64,000 bases of DNA, taken from Ophelia neglecta (lineage: Eukaryota). The notes under the pieces are model-generated. The model saw only the letters and a program-made list of their open reading frames with translations. It was not told where the DNA came from and did no database searches. The stretch lies in assembly GCA_965285935.1 (NCBI GenBank), contig OZ260663.1, forward strand, positions 112,344,001 through 112,408,000. Direction: 5' to 3'. Position numbers and translations under genes: made by a program. Positions 1 to 13,821 of the stretch are shown piece after piece. Position 1 is the stretch's first letter. The number at the start of each line of letters is the position of its first letter.

Positions 1-75
1 CTGTTCCGGTATTTTACGATTCATAAAAGGGCCAACAGGCGCCATGACCATGGCATGTTGGTACTGTGGCCTAAG

Positions 76-251
76 TGATTTGGTTTGTATTGCAAATGAT
101 TTGGATTGTATTGCTAATTATTAGGTTTATTTTGCCAATCATTGGGTTTGTATTGCTAATGGTTGGCTTTATATTGCCAATCTGTGGGTTTGTATTGCGA
201 ATGATTGGGTTTGTGTTGCCAATTATTGGATTTATATTGCCACTTATTGGA
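76..251. repeat. Degenerate 21-bp tandem repeat (consensus near GATTGGGTTTGTATTGCCAAT), about 8 copies
   Basis: The period is visible in the sequence and explains the periodic 7-aa ORFs 71..280 and 75..401. Confidence 0.85.
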
Positions 252-1928
252 ACTCGTAGACAAATACATATAGACTTCATACTCCGTATGTTACCCTATC
301 AAGGACTCGCACTGTATGTCTACATACAGCACACACCTGGTCATGGCCGTGTTAAAAACGACTTCAAAAATTATTCTATAAACCAATATGGCCTCGGGTA
401 ATATCAGAATATACAGTCAGCAATAACTTCCACAGGTTTGTAATGGTGGCATTTTATATGGCTGTGTTCTTGAGTTTGGATTTCTTAGGTTGGTTTGTAA
501 AAGCCTGGGCCGTCTTAATTCTGGATGGTGTAAAATGCATGTAATCTTGATGTTATATATTTAAATTAATCAGTTATGACACACATCAAATATATAAATT
601 ATACACCCTTACATAGGGCGATCATTGCATACTTACAAAGACGCTCTTGTACACCTGGCAATTAATTTAATTAACATGAACAATAATACATTGTAATAAA
701 ACACTCATCCAGGAGTTCCATACAAAAGTAGTGAGTCGTGCAGGATATGTTTGAACTTTATTTCTGGTGTTTTTAATTAATAGTACAGTCAGTCTTGAAA
801 ATCTATATGTTTATATACATTGATTGATAAATTTAACTGAATAAAGAAGATTCTTAAGATTGTCCACAGACTGCAGACACCACGTCGATGGTGTTTACCC
901 TGATACAACCGTGAGTTACAATACTTACAAACAGACGCTAGTGGTGGTAGGAATGCGGTCCCTGGGGCTGATACGCATTCACGGCTTGTCTCTTTGCCCC
1001 CTTTGACAAGTAATGCTATTCAAACATTGATATAGTCAAACATTGAAAACCCAAGGGTTGGGGGTGGAGGGTGGGGGGGGGGGGGGAGTGGCCACAGAAG
1101 TTACATACATACATCTAGTTGCCTATGTTTTGGGCGCCTGTTGGGGGTTGGGTGAAAACGAAGCAAATAAGTTCTTTCTATAACAGTTTAATTTATTACC
1201 GTATGATGAAAAATGCCACATTTGATCATCATCACTGTGCCCCCCCCCCCCCCCACACACACACACACATCAATACGCCATGCATCAACATATCCCACAT
1301 GAGTGTCCAATGTCCCCGTACCTGTGTCCCTCCCAGCCTAGATGGCTTGGTAGGAGCCTCGCCCCCCCCCCCTGCCCCCCCCCCTGGATCTGCCCCTGAT
1401 AAAAACAGTGTCCTGGTCGTTTGCGGTAAGTAAACCCACTCCCTATTGATGATTAAGCGAGACGACATCCCACCGTGAACAGTTCAAAAACCTATACCCC
1501 CCCCCCACACACCACGCTTGCCATTCCTAGTGACTAATGCCCCCCCCCCCGCCCCCCCCCCCCCCCTCGTGATCTCATTTTAGCGTCTGATTCACCACCC
1601 AACCCCTATCACAATATGGAGCCAAGAATTAAGCAGCAGATTTAGACATAAAGCTGTACAGTGAGAACCACGACGTCAATCAACCGAGTCGTTAGTTCGC
1701 ACCAGAGATTTGTATTCAATGTTTTCTTTTTTTGTACAGACTAACAAATAGAATGCAGTGATGCGTGAATAGTGCCTTATAAGATATCTATAAGTGACAG
1801 TAGAGGAACACCGACAACAAGATCAGGCGCAATGCGCGGTCTTATAAGGAGCAAGTTATATAAATCAAGGAAGTTTAATAGCTGGGAATATTACACCAGA
1901 CATTCAGTACCGCCCGAGATCCGTAAAG

Positions 1929-4900
1929 ATGGCTACGCTATTCACGGTAGCTGTGTATAGTATTCTGGTGATATCCTGCGTTCTCAGAGCTGTGATGGGT
2001 AATGTGTTGAATAGTTTCTCCTTACATTTTAATTTGACATATCATAAACATGTGCTGTCTCGGGCGCCCTCCGTGTAGTCTATTCAGTCCTGTGTAATCT
2101 GTTTCACTGAAGGGTGTTTAATCATAATGGACATATCACACCCTCACTATGTAGACGCTAACCCATGTATGTCAGCATCCATAAGATATGATGTATTGTA
2201 CCTGCAATCTGGTGCCTGCTAGGGACCGTCGGGTATCTGTTAGGTGCCATACGGTATTAGACAGGGGTTATATGGTATCTGTCAGCGGCCATCTCGTGTA
2301 TGACAGCCGCCATATTATGTCTAATAATGTCGTTATTTAACCTCTACAACAGTAATCTCGTTTCATTACAACAGCCCGCTGAAGAAAGAGAGTTAGTAGT
2401 AATAAGTCTAACTCGACAAGAGAGCCCTGTTCGAAGCCCTAGATCAAATTGTATTGCAAATAAAACAGTTTCTTCTCAATATCCACACCGGGGTGGAATT
2501 CTGAGAGCACATTTCTATCCTGCTGAATTACTTGTGATAATATATGAGCACTAAATATATTGCACCCCAGGTATCTAGCAGTTTTCCATGAGATTGTCTA
2601 AGCCATGTCTTGAGCGGAAACTACAAAACTCCATGCTGGGCCGCTATGTTTGTATATAATACGGGAGTTTTATATCTTCTTTCTTGTATTTGCAAACATG
2701 TTTGCCAAAAGCAATTGAATTCAACTTTCGTGAGACAGCCTTTGAATTCGCAGGGGATATCTATATAAATGGTGGTTAGTCTTTTAACCTTTAGTCAACA
2801 AAATAAACAATAACTCGGTGTGTGGCCCGGGCTGACAGTCGGCTGTCAATACACTGGTTTATTGAGAAGGCTTGTCCTTTAAAGCGGCTACAAAAAAAAG
2901 CAAATAGCAGGAATAGTTACTCACTAAAAATAGGGCAGATAGATTGTGTACTCTTCTTTGCCACTAAGATTTTCAACACAAATAATTCTCATTCGATACA
3001 TGACCCCAAAGGAAAGGGAGGAGGTAAAATCAAACCATAACAACTTGGATATATAATTTGTAATGTGTTCTGTGAGATCAGAAGACATTCGCCTATCTCT
3101 CTGGCTGATATCTCGAACAGACAATAAGGCTGTCTGCAAAAGGTATAGTTAGTTAGTTGAACTCCAGGTACATAGACTATCAACAACCTATAACTATTTT
3201 GTTCTCACATGTTTCCATACTTTGAGAGCAAGTCCACGGCCTGACCCGAATGTAAACCAGCGCCTTTAACCTACCTAGTTGCAAGAAGACCATCAAATAT
3301 AAGATCTTGTAATAGTTTAGTTGAAATCAGGCTTTCCATAGGCTGAGCGGCACTTTGAGAACACCACCGTCGATGTATGATGAAATACGTGTCACGTGTG
3401 TACTACGTCACTGATATGTGGTTTAGTCGCTGATGGCTGGCAGCGGGATGTAAACAATGATGTTTTGACTCTCAAAAGAGTGTAAAAAATGGCAATATGC
3501 ACTTTCGGGAGAATTCGTAAGTCGAGGCAAATGTCTGAGGAATCGATCGATGGCGGATATGTATTTCTATTCTTTTTGCTTGTGTCCTCGAACATTGCAG
3601 AAAGCGGGTAGGGGGCCGCATTCAAGGTGGATGCGCAAAATGTGCGTGTTTTGATACAGGAGTATTTCTGACTCTAAACGCGACCATGCCATATAAAGAG
3701 TATCTTATGGTCGTGGTGTAAGAGGCAGAGGAATCTCGGACTAGCTTTCCATGGATAAACTTACTGGTCCGTCAAATTTACACAATTGTCGAGGTACCTC
3801 GTAATTTAAGAACAATAACACTTAATAAGAAAAGAGAGAAAAAAACATGGAATGTAGATGAGGAGACAAATACTTATAGGCTTCGTACTCTGTATGAATA
3901 GCTATATTACATCGTACAATGACAGCTGTAACATTCCTAACTGTTATGTGTGCGCAAGACAATGATTTTGTTTTATATGCACATATGTCCATAACTATGC
4001 TCTCTATATGATTTGAGGCCGAAACTTTGTATTTAAATTTTACGATAGTCCTATTTTCACAAATGAATTAACCATTAATCTGTAAATTCATTACTTATGC
4101 ATGTGGTAACACATTCACTTCTTCTTTTGTATTTTTTAGTGTATTTATATTATAAACTTCATTACATACGGCTCTTTTCTTTTACTTTGGCTTAACCATG
4201 TTTATAATGATTTGTTAGTCTGGGAGGCCCTTACGCTCGCGACTTTCCACAAGTCTTTGTGAGGGTCTCCCTGGTGAAGTTTTATATTATAACTGCAGAC
4301 AACCTTTATTAATTACTGTGAATATGTTAGACCAAATAAATGATATCTGAATCTGAATCTGAATTTGTATGGGACCAATGACTCGAATGTAAACCGTTTA
4401 ACTATCACACTTCCAGTAGCAAGAAGATGAAAATATATAACATCTTAAAATAGTTTAGTTTAAATCAGGTTTTATGTTGAAAATCTTACTGGGTTGTCAA
4501 AGTTTAAACAATTGCGTTGTACCTGTACGCTTTATGTGTACCTATCAAGGAAAGTTGCGCTTGGCCATATCAATATGCCTGACACATTGGTTTATTTCTA
4601 CTCCCCGTGATATATGGAATATAGAGACTTGAACATTAAAACTACACGTGTAATCTTTTATTTATTCATCCTATGTGCTCGACCATATTATGTACCTTAA
4701 TGACCCTGAATTAGTTTTATATATTGTCAACTTAAATTCATGATACGGATCGATAATCATTATTTGTACAAGTAGTTAAGCTGTACAGCATGGGCCGCCT
4801 GCTTACAAGGGCTCAAGGTACTTATAGCAGATTGCTTTTGCTTATGATCTGAGGAGACGAGTCAGAAGTACTTGTTCAATTATTGGGTGTGTTAAACAAA

Positions 4901-7900
4901 CGTACTTATTTCCTTCCGAAATGATCAGGAAGTGTCCGCTGCACGCCCCTGACATCAATGCGTAGTTCCCAACATGTAATCAAGCTAGTAAAGAAATGTT
5001 ATTAAAATTAACGTAGGACCGAGATAGAATATGCTCTAAGACACTCTAAGATGGAAAGAGCTGGTTAGTAATTGTGAGATTATAAAACGGTTTTATCTCA
5101 CACAACACAAAGTGAGAAGGATGTACAGGTCTCTGACAAGCTGTTCTATAGTACCGTGATATTATTTTCTTGTCCTAGCTGTAGATCGTTATGGTAACAT
5201 CACCCAGGGCGCGGCGTTCCCCTGTAGATGTTCCGATGGCTGTGACTCTGATAACGGGACTTGTCTTAATAACGGTTCTTGTTTAGATGGCGAACCACGC
5301 GACAAAGGACACAGTTGGCACGGACATGGATGTCGGATTGGTAAGAGATTGTGATGTTAGTCTATTGATCGTGAAGCTCTGAATTTATACAGTGTTGATT
5401 GGGTGGTTTACGGGATTTGTCTAATTTCTGATCAGCTCGTGATCAATGGTCGAACTGGGGTTGATATCAAATTATATATACAAGCCGTTCTCTCAATACC
5501 TTTGTTGATTGGCTGCTATGCATCAAGCGATGATGTTTTCAACTATTGAACCAAGAGATCTGTGTTTGCAAAACACTCTGAATGAATTGAATACTAGCGG
5601 GAATGTATCGTTGTATACAAATAGCCGATAAATCGATACATTGATAAAACGCCCTCACTAATCAGGTATGTGATTAACATTAAAGGTTCTCTTCACATCT
5701 CACTTGTGGCATCACTATTCCAGGTAATGTCGCCTACGGCCAACATGCTTACCAGAAAGGGACTTGGCTGATTAAAGGCGATAAACCAGCATTAGCTGGT
5801 TTGGCTGTCGACGGTGACATAAATCCCAACGAAACGCAATTACATTGTGCTCATCCGGGTAACAGATCCTCAAATGATCCCAGCGCCGCCTGGTGGTATG
5901 TCGACCTGGGAACTGACCACGTGATCTACAGTGTAACCTTGTTTAATAGGGATCAAGATAAGTATTGTGTGTATATGTATTTCAACATTTCAATATTTTT
6001 AAATGGTTAATCATGTTGGCCATGAATCGGGATCTTAATGCAATATTATTACATTTGTAGATTGGATGTCTGAATTCCGGATTACTGTCGGTAACACTAC
6101 CGATATCAAAAATGGTAGTGAATGTGTACGGCACAAGGACCCAGTGACCAGAGGAGGGAATCTCACTCTCAACTGTACAACTACTATGACTGGTAGATAT
6201 GTCGCCTATGTTAGTGAGAGAACGTCTCCGCCAGATAAAATCCGCCTCGTGGGTATCTGTGAGTTCGTAGTTACTGGGAGATCATATGTCGGTGAGTAAT
6301 AGAACTGGAACCTTGGCTTCATTACTGGTTTATTTTAGTACAAGGTCGGGAGTTTACAACAGTGTTATAGACCTTTGAGACCAGACTTTAAATCTAAGAC
6401 TTCATTAATGCCTAAAAAATCCTTGACACGATAATAAATAATAATAAGTCCAGATGTATAAAGGATCATTTTTATTATTTTCTAGATTCAATTGAAATAG
6501 CCAGAAATACAACAAAAGTAAACTTTTAACACACAAAATCAACCAAGACCCCACCCCCTCCCGTTTCCCGGTGTGTGTGCATGCATGTATGTGTGCATGC
6601 GTGCGTGCGTGCGTGCGTGCATTGCCCTCAAGTCCCAATGGATATCCCCAGATATTGTCTTTGAGATAGGAGAAAGAAATAATTTCTGTGAAATGCTGAG
6701 AGGCCTTTGGCACGTTTAAAACCCTTAGCATCAGCCTTTCTGATTAAGACTGAATTTTGCGTGCCCCTTGAATTTATTTGGTCCTTCATAGAGATTAAGA
6801 TTTATTGTGCATTTAACGATTTCATGTGAAGTGGGAATTACTACATTAATTAATTGGGATTTAGTTAAGGAATTAAGATCATTGCGAAGTGAGTGACAAA
6901 CCACATTTTAAACAAATGTGTTTTGGCTCCTATCTTTACCTTAAAAGTGACCGGTGATCCCTTATCACTCCCATCCTTCCGCCGCCAAAAAATGTATGTT
7001 TATTAGATTGCAGCCATTGTCCTCCGCCGGCCACCTGCGATGACTACGATGGCTGTAGTAGTTGTCCTAATGGAACCAGACTACCGAACTGTACAAGATG
7101 TGGGTCTCTCTTATATCAAATCTCCAATAGTTAATAGCACAGAAATTTGGCATGACACCCATATTAAAAATATATTCAATAACATCAACTTAGTCAATAT
7201 GTTATAGCTTGTATATCTGGTTGGTATGGGAAGAGTTGTGAGGCCAGATGCAGTCCCCACTGTAAACCGGCCAGTGACTCGCCTTGTAATAGAGTGTCTG
7301 GAGTCTGTACCAACGGATGTAAAGAAATCTCTGATGTCGGGAACGACGTATGGTGGCTGGGAGACAGGTGTGACATCCAAATTAGTAAGTTAGGAGGAAC
7401 AACTTCATATAACTTGACCTAACCGTGTAATGACAATGTCAGTAGTTGATCGTTTTCTTTTGGTAATACTGGACCCAGGCTGTAGTTACTTGGTTATTTT
7501 GCCAATCGCTAATTTCTCACTATCATTATCCTGGATGGAACGCGTCATAGAGCCCCAGCAATCCACGAGTAATTGCACAGGGCTTTCTTAGGCACATAAT
7601 CACAGAAATCACGGCGACGCCTTGGTTTATACACATTTACAGGGGCTACAACGCCAAAAGTCTTATAAAACGTGCTCACTTTATCTTTTAGACCAAGTGT
7701 TAAACATGGCAATTACTAGACTGACTGGAACAGCAGCCAGCTCGACGACGGTTATACTAGATTGGCATTACTCAGACTCCATCTCAGATAATGCGGCCCC
7801 TTATATTGGCTACCAAGTCTACAGAAAGGTTAATGACAGTCAGTGGAGCCGAGAACAGAACGTTACACACCAGACATCAGACCAGCAGCAGGTGTTAGTT

Positions 7901-8914
7901 GTAGGACTGGAGCCTGAGACCAGGTACCAGTTTGGCTTGTCTGTGTACAGGGTGTACACAGACGGCACGGTGTACGAGGGGAGTGGAAAATACCCCGAGG
8001 TCAACGTGACAACAGGTTAAAAGAAGCGTGTTATCTTTTTTCTTAATCCCCATCGTCCATTGGCTTCTCGCTACTCTCTCTCTCCTTCAGAGTCAACCCA
8101 AGTAACCTCTCCCAACTAGTTCTGTCCTATACTATAATTATGTCTCCTACTTCACCCAGTTAAACGCCGTTAGGCGGCTTTTCAGTGATTTCCATATAAG
8201 GACGTTTACTTGGAAAAGACTTCGTGTATCCTGAATTGGTTATGTATTTTCGTCTAGCTCGTAAGCCATCTCCTAAAACCTCGTCTTCTTCAACGTCAGT
8301 GACGACTACGCCATTCAAGGTACCTGAGCAATCTGGTGTTTGCCAAGGCAGTGCCTTAAACACCGGGTTGATAGCGGGACTGGCTGGAGCAAACGCTATC
8401 ACACTGGCCATTGTCCTGGTTTTATCAGTGATATTGATAAGGTAAAGAGATATTCCACAAACTAACGGATCCATTGTACACGTCAATATCGTTTTATGGT
8501 AAGTATAGTTTTTAATATCAAAATTATTCAATTTAAGGAACAAGAGAAATTATTTGAAGCCGACAACTGGAATGGAGGCGACAAACCAACGAACCGTTCA
8601 GCCATCGTATGAGACATTAGATCTAGGTCTCTCCTCAGTAAACCATGGACCCACTACTGGCGCTGAATATAGTATTTTATTTTAACATTGTTCTATCTGG
8701 TTATTGCAATGTAATTAAAATCCACTCGCGTATAATCTAAATTAGTGTTTGTACCTGTAAAGCAAACAATTGTGGGTGTATAAGTCCCAACCTGCCATTA
8801 TTCAAGATTTGTGTTTCAGGTGAACTGAATCTTCCAATAGAGCTCTGTCCGCCACGACCCACGCCGTATCTGCAGTCCACCGGACCAGACGATTATGAAA
8901 ACATTGGGGGGTAA
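1929..8914 (+). CDS. Receptor copy A: type I membrane protein (signal peptide, EGF-like, F-type lectin/fucolectin, EGF-like x2, FN3, S/T stalk, TM, Tyr-motif tail), about 570 aa, 10 exons
   Basis: Phase-compatible GT-AG exons: 1929-1998 (MATLFTVAVYSILVISCVLRAVM), 5179-5340 (CRCSDGCDSDNGTC..WHGHGC), 5724-5966 and 6061-6291 (NVAYG..LAVDG..CAHP..WWYVDLG..GRYV..ICEF), 7007-7099, 7208-7384 (CISGWYGKSCEARC..C), 7692-8015 (FN3: ILDW..GYQV..GLEPETRYQF), 8258-8441 (TM GLIAGLAGANAITLAIVLVLSVILIR), 8538-8671, 8820-8914 (stop). Total 1713 nt, no internal stop. The same exon structure recurs in copy C. Confidence 0.85.
4220..4364 (+). mobile_element. Probable LINE 3' end relic in intron 1 of copy A
   Basis: A stem GGGAGGCCCT..GAGGGTCTCCC is followed by AATAAA and an (ATCTGA)n tail, an arrangement typical of non-LTR 3' termini. 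Confidence 0.35.
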
Positions 8915-10231
8915 CATCGGATAAAGACCCATTTCAAAAACAAATTTTCACACATATTTGGCATTTGTTTCGTTATAGCCTGCCACGTGATTACAGTAAA
9001 TGTTATTATTGCCCTTACTCTTATAAATTTCGTATCTTGAAGCGTTGTTTTAAAACCCTTTTCTGTGGGCTAAATTTTTCATTGACTTAGAAGATTAATA
9101 CTAGTCGCATCAATTAATATGTATGTGCTCATTTTCGAACATATCTATAATATTATAAACTGGGCCTATATTCATGCACTTTGTTATTCACTCGTGCATT
9201 ATTTTAAATTACTAGCTGATTCATTATTGGGCTAAAAATCATCTATTTTACCCCTATTTACCCCATAGGTCTTTGATGTTATGAAATAATATATATATAA
9301 CAATAATTATATAAATATAGGGGTACTCTTACTTATAGGTAATGTTTTATGCGTTAATATTATTCGGCTTTCATTATATACATAGATTGTTCTTGTTACG
9401 AGTTAATTTTTTCTACTCGTGCAGCGAAACACTCTTCACATATATAAAGGCTTTCTCACAATTTTTACTTATTGCTTGTTTGTTCTATAGCTTCATGTAT
9501 ACATTGTTCATAGCCAATGATAATTAACATTTAATTGTTAGAATCATGCACCAGTTTATAGTCTAACGATTATTTTCCCATTTATTTTATTTAGTAATAC
9601 AGTATTTAATGGACGCCATAAAACTTTGTTAAAGTTTCTAGCATAAATGATTTTACTACAAACATATATATTCTTTATTTCCTCCTTTTCATGGAGTTGC
9701 TAATTTCAATAACAAAGTGTACAGTTCAAAAATAAAACATTATTAAAGCAATTATCTTCAAAGCAATGAGTTGAACTTATAAATAGTGGAGAAATAAAGG
9801 TACTCAGATCGAAGTTGAAAAGCGGACGGCATCGAAAGTGATAGGTTAGATAATTCTCAGTTTATCTGGATCCGTGTTATATATATATATATATGCTTTA
9901 TTTGTCCACCACTTTCTGGAGATTACAAGCGGTTATTACAAAATAGAAGAATAGGAAAGTAGAAGGAATATACCAAAAATATTATGTCAGCTCCTAGAGC
10001 AGATAACAACGTATGTACATTAATGTTAGATAAGCGTAGTGCCATTTTTGGGTAACACCTGACTCCAATTATAATTTGGTACAAGCACGAAGTTAACAAG
10101 TAAGCGACCAAGTACACTGCATGTATAGTGATCATGATAATTAATTCATTTCTTCCCCAACCCGAGGCTGCTGAAAACATCACATAGCAGTAACCTTAAA
10201 CTATACAAATCAACATGAAAGTGGCCACCAG

Positions 10232-13200
10232 CTAAGTGTCAGGAATCATAGGAAGGCTATTCAGGTATTGATGATACATGTCGGAGAGGCATTCTAAAAC
10301 GGAGGGGCGTGACGCTACCATATACGAGGAACAATCCAGGAGTGTGACGCACGGATCATTTGGGGGTCCCATTTCTAGGTGGTTCGTGTCAAGGCAGGTG
10401 TACAGCCGGTTGCGCATCTGCAGTAGTGACTGGCAATGGAGTAAGAAATGTTTGAGGTCATCTCCGGGGCTGCAGCACATGGGGCACCAGTTCCTGTTTT
10501 GGTCGATAAATTTACCAGCGTGACTGTAAAGAGCGGAGGTCCTAGTAGCTAATTTCAGGATTATCTGAACACCCTTGCTCGCTCCCATGCTGGTTGCGTA
10601 CTTCCACCATTCCATGGGGGCGTAATTTGGCATCAGTTGCCGATATATATAAGACTAGGGCTCGTCAGAAAAGCGACTCGCCAGGAGTCTTCAAGGTAGG
10701 ACATAGTAACCTTCTGTGCGTGGGACTTCCAGTGGTGTTTCGATGGGGTCATGCCAGTTCTAAGCCACGACTGGAGGGAGTCTAGGAGGGCGAATTTCTT
10801 GTAGGTGTGAACAAATACACCAAGGGGGCTGTCGTGAGGGAGAGCGCCATCGAGAAAGTGAGAAGTGAGGGCTCTTATACATAATACTCTGTATCTATTA
10901 TACGGGTCAAGGCCCATTATGTTCCTGAGAGACGTGAGCCTCTGTAAATCCAAGTAAGAGTCAACAGTTCGCCAGCTTATGGATGCAAGCACTGCGGGGT
11001 TACATGTTCTAGGGGATAAATGTTGAATCAGCCTTGCCATTTTGCGATGCTCTTTCTCCAATAACTCTAGAGACAGGGCGGATAGATTCAGGAGCTCGAT
11101 GCGGTAGAGGAAACCTGGAATGACGATTGCCCAGTAGAGCTTGGAGAGAGAGCGCGTGTTGAACTTCCCATGGGATGAGCCGGTACCTAGGAGGGAGTGG
11201 AGAGTTCTGCTGGCTTTTTCCGCCCTGGATTGGAGGAGCTGATACATGGCTCTCTCGGAGGTTGCCAGGGGGGTTCCCAGGTGTAGGGTTCTGTCAGTAC
11301 TAGGAATTAAGCCTACATCAAGACGGAGGGTAGGTAGTTGTGCATTATTGCTTCTAAAACACAGGGTCTCGCATTTCCCGACGTTGTAGTCCATACGCCA
11401 TTTCTTCCCATAAATATTGGCAATGTTTAGCATGTTCTGCTTGTTCCTCGGGTCAGTGGTAACTAGTGTTACATCATCAGCATAGCTGGGGAAGGAGGAG
11501 TCGAGGCCGTAGATAACTGCTCCTTTTCGACACGCGGTTAGTTCGACCAGTAGATCGTTGAAATAAAGGATGAACAGGAGCATTGATAATAAACCACCTT
11601 GGTGAACTCCTTGTAGTGACTCGAACCATGCTGATAGCTCAGAGCCGATCCGGACAGCGCACTTGAAGTTGGAAAACCAGCTCCTCAACAGCCTTAGGGA
11701 CTTGCCACGTATTCCCATAGCATGGAGCTTATACATGAGGCCATTGACCCATACACGGTCAAAGGCCTTGCGACAGTCCAGGAGAGTTACGTAGGCAGTC
11801 TGACCTTGTTGTAGCAGTTCATACACAGTCTGTCTTAGGATTAAGGCCGGATGCTTACTGGGGCAGTGCGCCAATGCTGCTCCCTGTTGGTCGTTTAAAA
11901 GACCGCTATTTCTCGACCACTCATCAAGTCTGATTTTCTTTATACTTTCAAACACTTTGCTTAGTACGGGTAGGAGACTTATCTTGCGGCAGTTGTCTTT
12001 CTTTCTAGGGTTTTTGGAGCCGCCTTTGAAGACTGGGATCTCGATGGCTCTTCTGAAGCTTTGGGGAATATATTCCAATTCAATAATAGCATTGAAGATA
12101 TTGGTCAGTACAGCAGCGAGGCGGGCGCCCCCAAATTTGACATGTTCTGCCGTGAGACCGTCCACACCTCCCGCTTTTTTCCAAGTTTCAACCGAGCAAT
12201 TATGGATGCAGTTTCCTTGACAGTGATGGGAGTTTTGAAGATAGTGTCCTCGTCCGATCCCGTTCCCACCATAGCCATGGGAACTTCTCTATCGACCAAG
12301 ACTTTAAAATCATTTTGGTAGGACATGTCCGTCTATAGGGCTAGTTAGAGTCATGAAGTAGCGACGCCATTCTTCACGAATCTCGCCTATGTCTGTTAAG
12401 AGGTGGCCTCTGTCGTTTTCTATTGCAGGTGTCTTTATATAACAGCCGGGTTTGAGTTTTCTTTTAACAAGCTGCCAATAATAGTCCTTACTAAGCTCGC
12501 CGGAAGTGATGATTTCTTCTTGTTGTTTATCATCCTCGTCGTGTGTGGCTTTTCTTCTCTCCTTCCTAAAGTCACGTTTACTCGATTTGTACTGTATATA
12601 TATCGCGTCTTTTCGGTTGCGTGGCTTCCCAGCCTCAATCCATGCCTGTCGGGCGGTGAGCTGGCTTTTTTTTACTGTATTCATTTTATTGTTCCAGTAA
12701 GGTTTCAACCACCGTTTAAAGTCAACCCGGGGTATGGTTTTTTCAGCCGATGTGTCGAGGATGTTTGTGACAGCTTCCGCTGCTCGGTCGATGCTGCTGA
12801 TCCCAGGGAGTTCACTAAAGAGTGTGTCACTGAATAGATCACGAGAGACGGCACGAGTATATCTTTTAGAAATCACATCTCCTTTGAGTCTTTTCCAGCC
12901 CAGCTTAACTATCGAAGGCGCTTCAGTGTGCGACATTACGGGAAATGATCTTAATACCAGCGTCAGAAGCATGGGTAGGTGATCAGAAGTAACGCAAAGG
13001 TCGTCTTCGGTGACGGCACAGCTGGCAATATTTTGAGAAAATGCTGATGAGACTAAGCAGTGGTCGATATAGGATCTAGCGTTCCCATTACCAATGTATG
13101 TATATTCTGGACCAGTGGTCACTTCTCTGGCATCTATTGGTACCATGTCATTAGATTTGAGAAATTCGTCCAGCATACTACCATTGCGTGAAAGAGTGGG

Positions 13201-13821
13201 GGAGCCTCGCGGGCCAAACCTGACACTCACCTGAGAATTGAGATCCCCAATTATGATGACCGACCCGGATTCATGGAGGGTTTCAACACAATCTGACAAT
13301 ACACCAAGAACACCCTCGTATGATGCTGATTTGCATTGGTGCTGCGGTAGGTATACACTGAGGATACTGATACTACTCATATCATTATTTAACACCTGTA
13401 TTCCAACAATTCTATCAGATTTTATGTTATTAATAACTTGTACATTTTTAATATCGTTTTTCCAAAATAGTGCAACACCGCCTTGACCTATTATTTTTCC
13501 TTAGTTCTGTGGAAGCAATTTATCAGAAGATTTAGCAATACAAGAGAACAATGGGTTAAGATCGTATAATCTGTTGAGTTCATGTTTGTATAGGAGGTGC
13601 TCGTTGATACCGACAATATCATTCGACTCCAACAAATATTTCAAATATTCGGTCGAACTCGAGAAGCCATTACAATTCCAGTGACAAAAGCGTAGCTGAG
13701 CTGGGGCTAAACGGTTAGTGATATGCATACAAAGAACAAATTCAAGACAAAGGCATAACAACATGAAAATTATACGATCAATACAAGTCATAACCATTAT
13801 TGTTACTATTTCGGTAGTCAC
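10232..13821 (-). pseudogene. LINE ORF2 (endonuclease / reverse transcriptase / zinc knuckle), disrupted
   Basis: In-frame stop at 13501-13503 and frameshifts near 12320, 12160 and 10633 split it into 5 ORFs that carry collinear APE, RT and CCHC motifs. Confidence 0.88.

Noticed and set aside
71-401. Periodic hydrophobic and Asn/Ile-rich ORFs
   Set aside because: Translations of a 21-bp tandem repeat.
8590-8830. Canonical ITAM or ITIM in tail A
   Set aside because: The YxxL spacing of 16 residues is too long for an ITAM, and the -2 residues (P, A) do not fit the ITIM consensus. Reported only as Tyr motifs.
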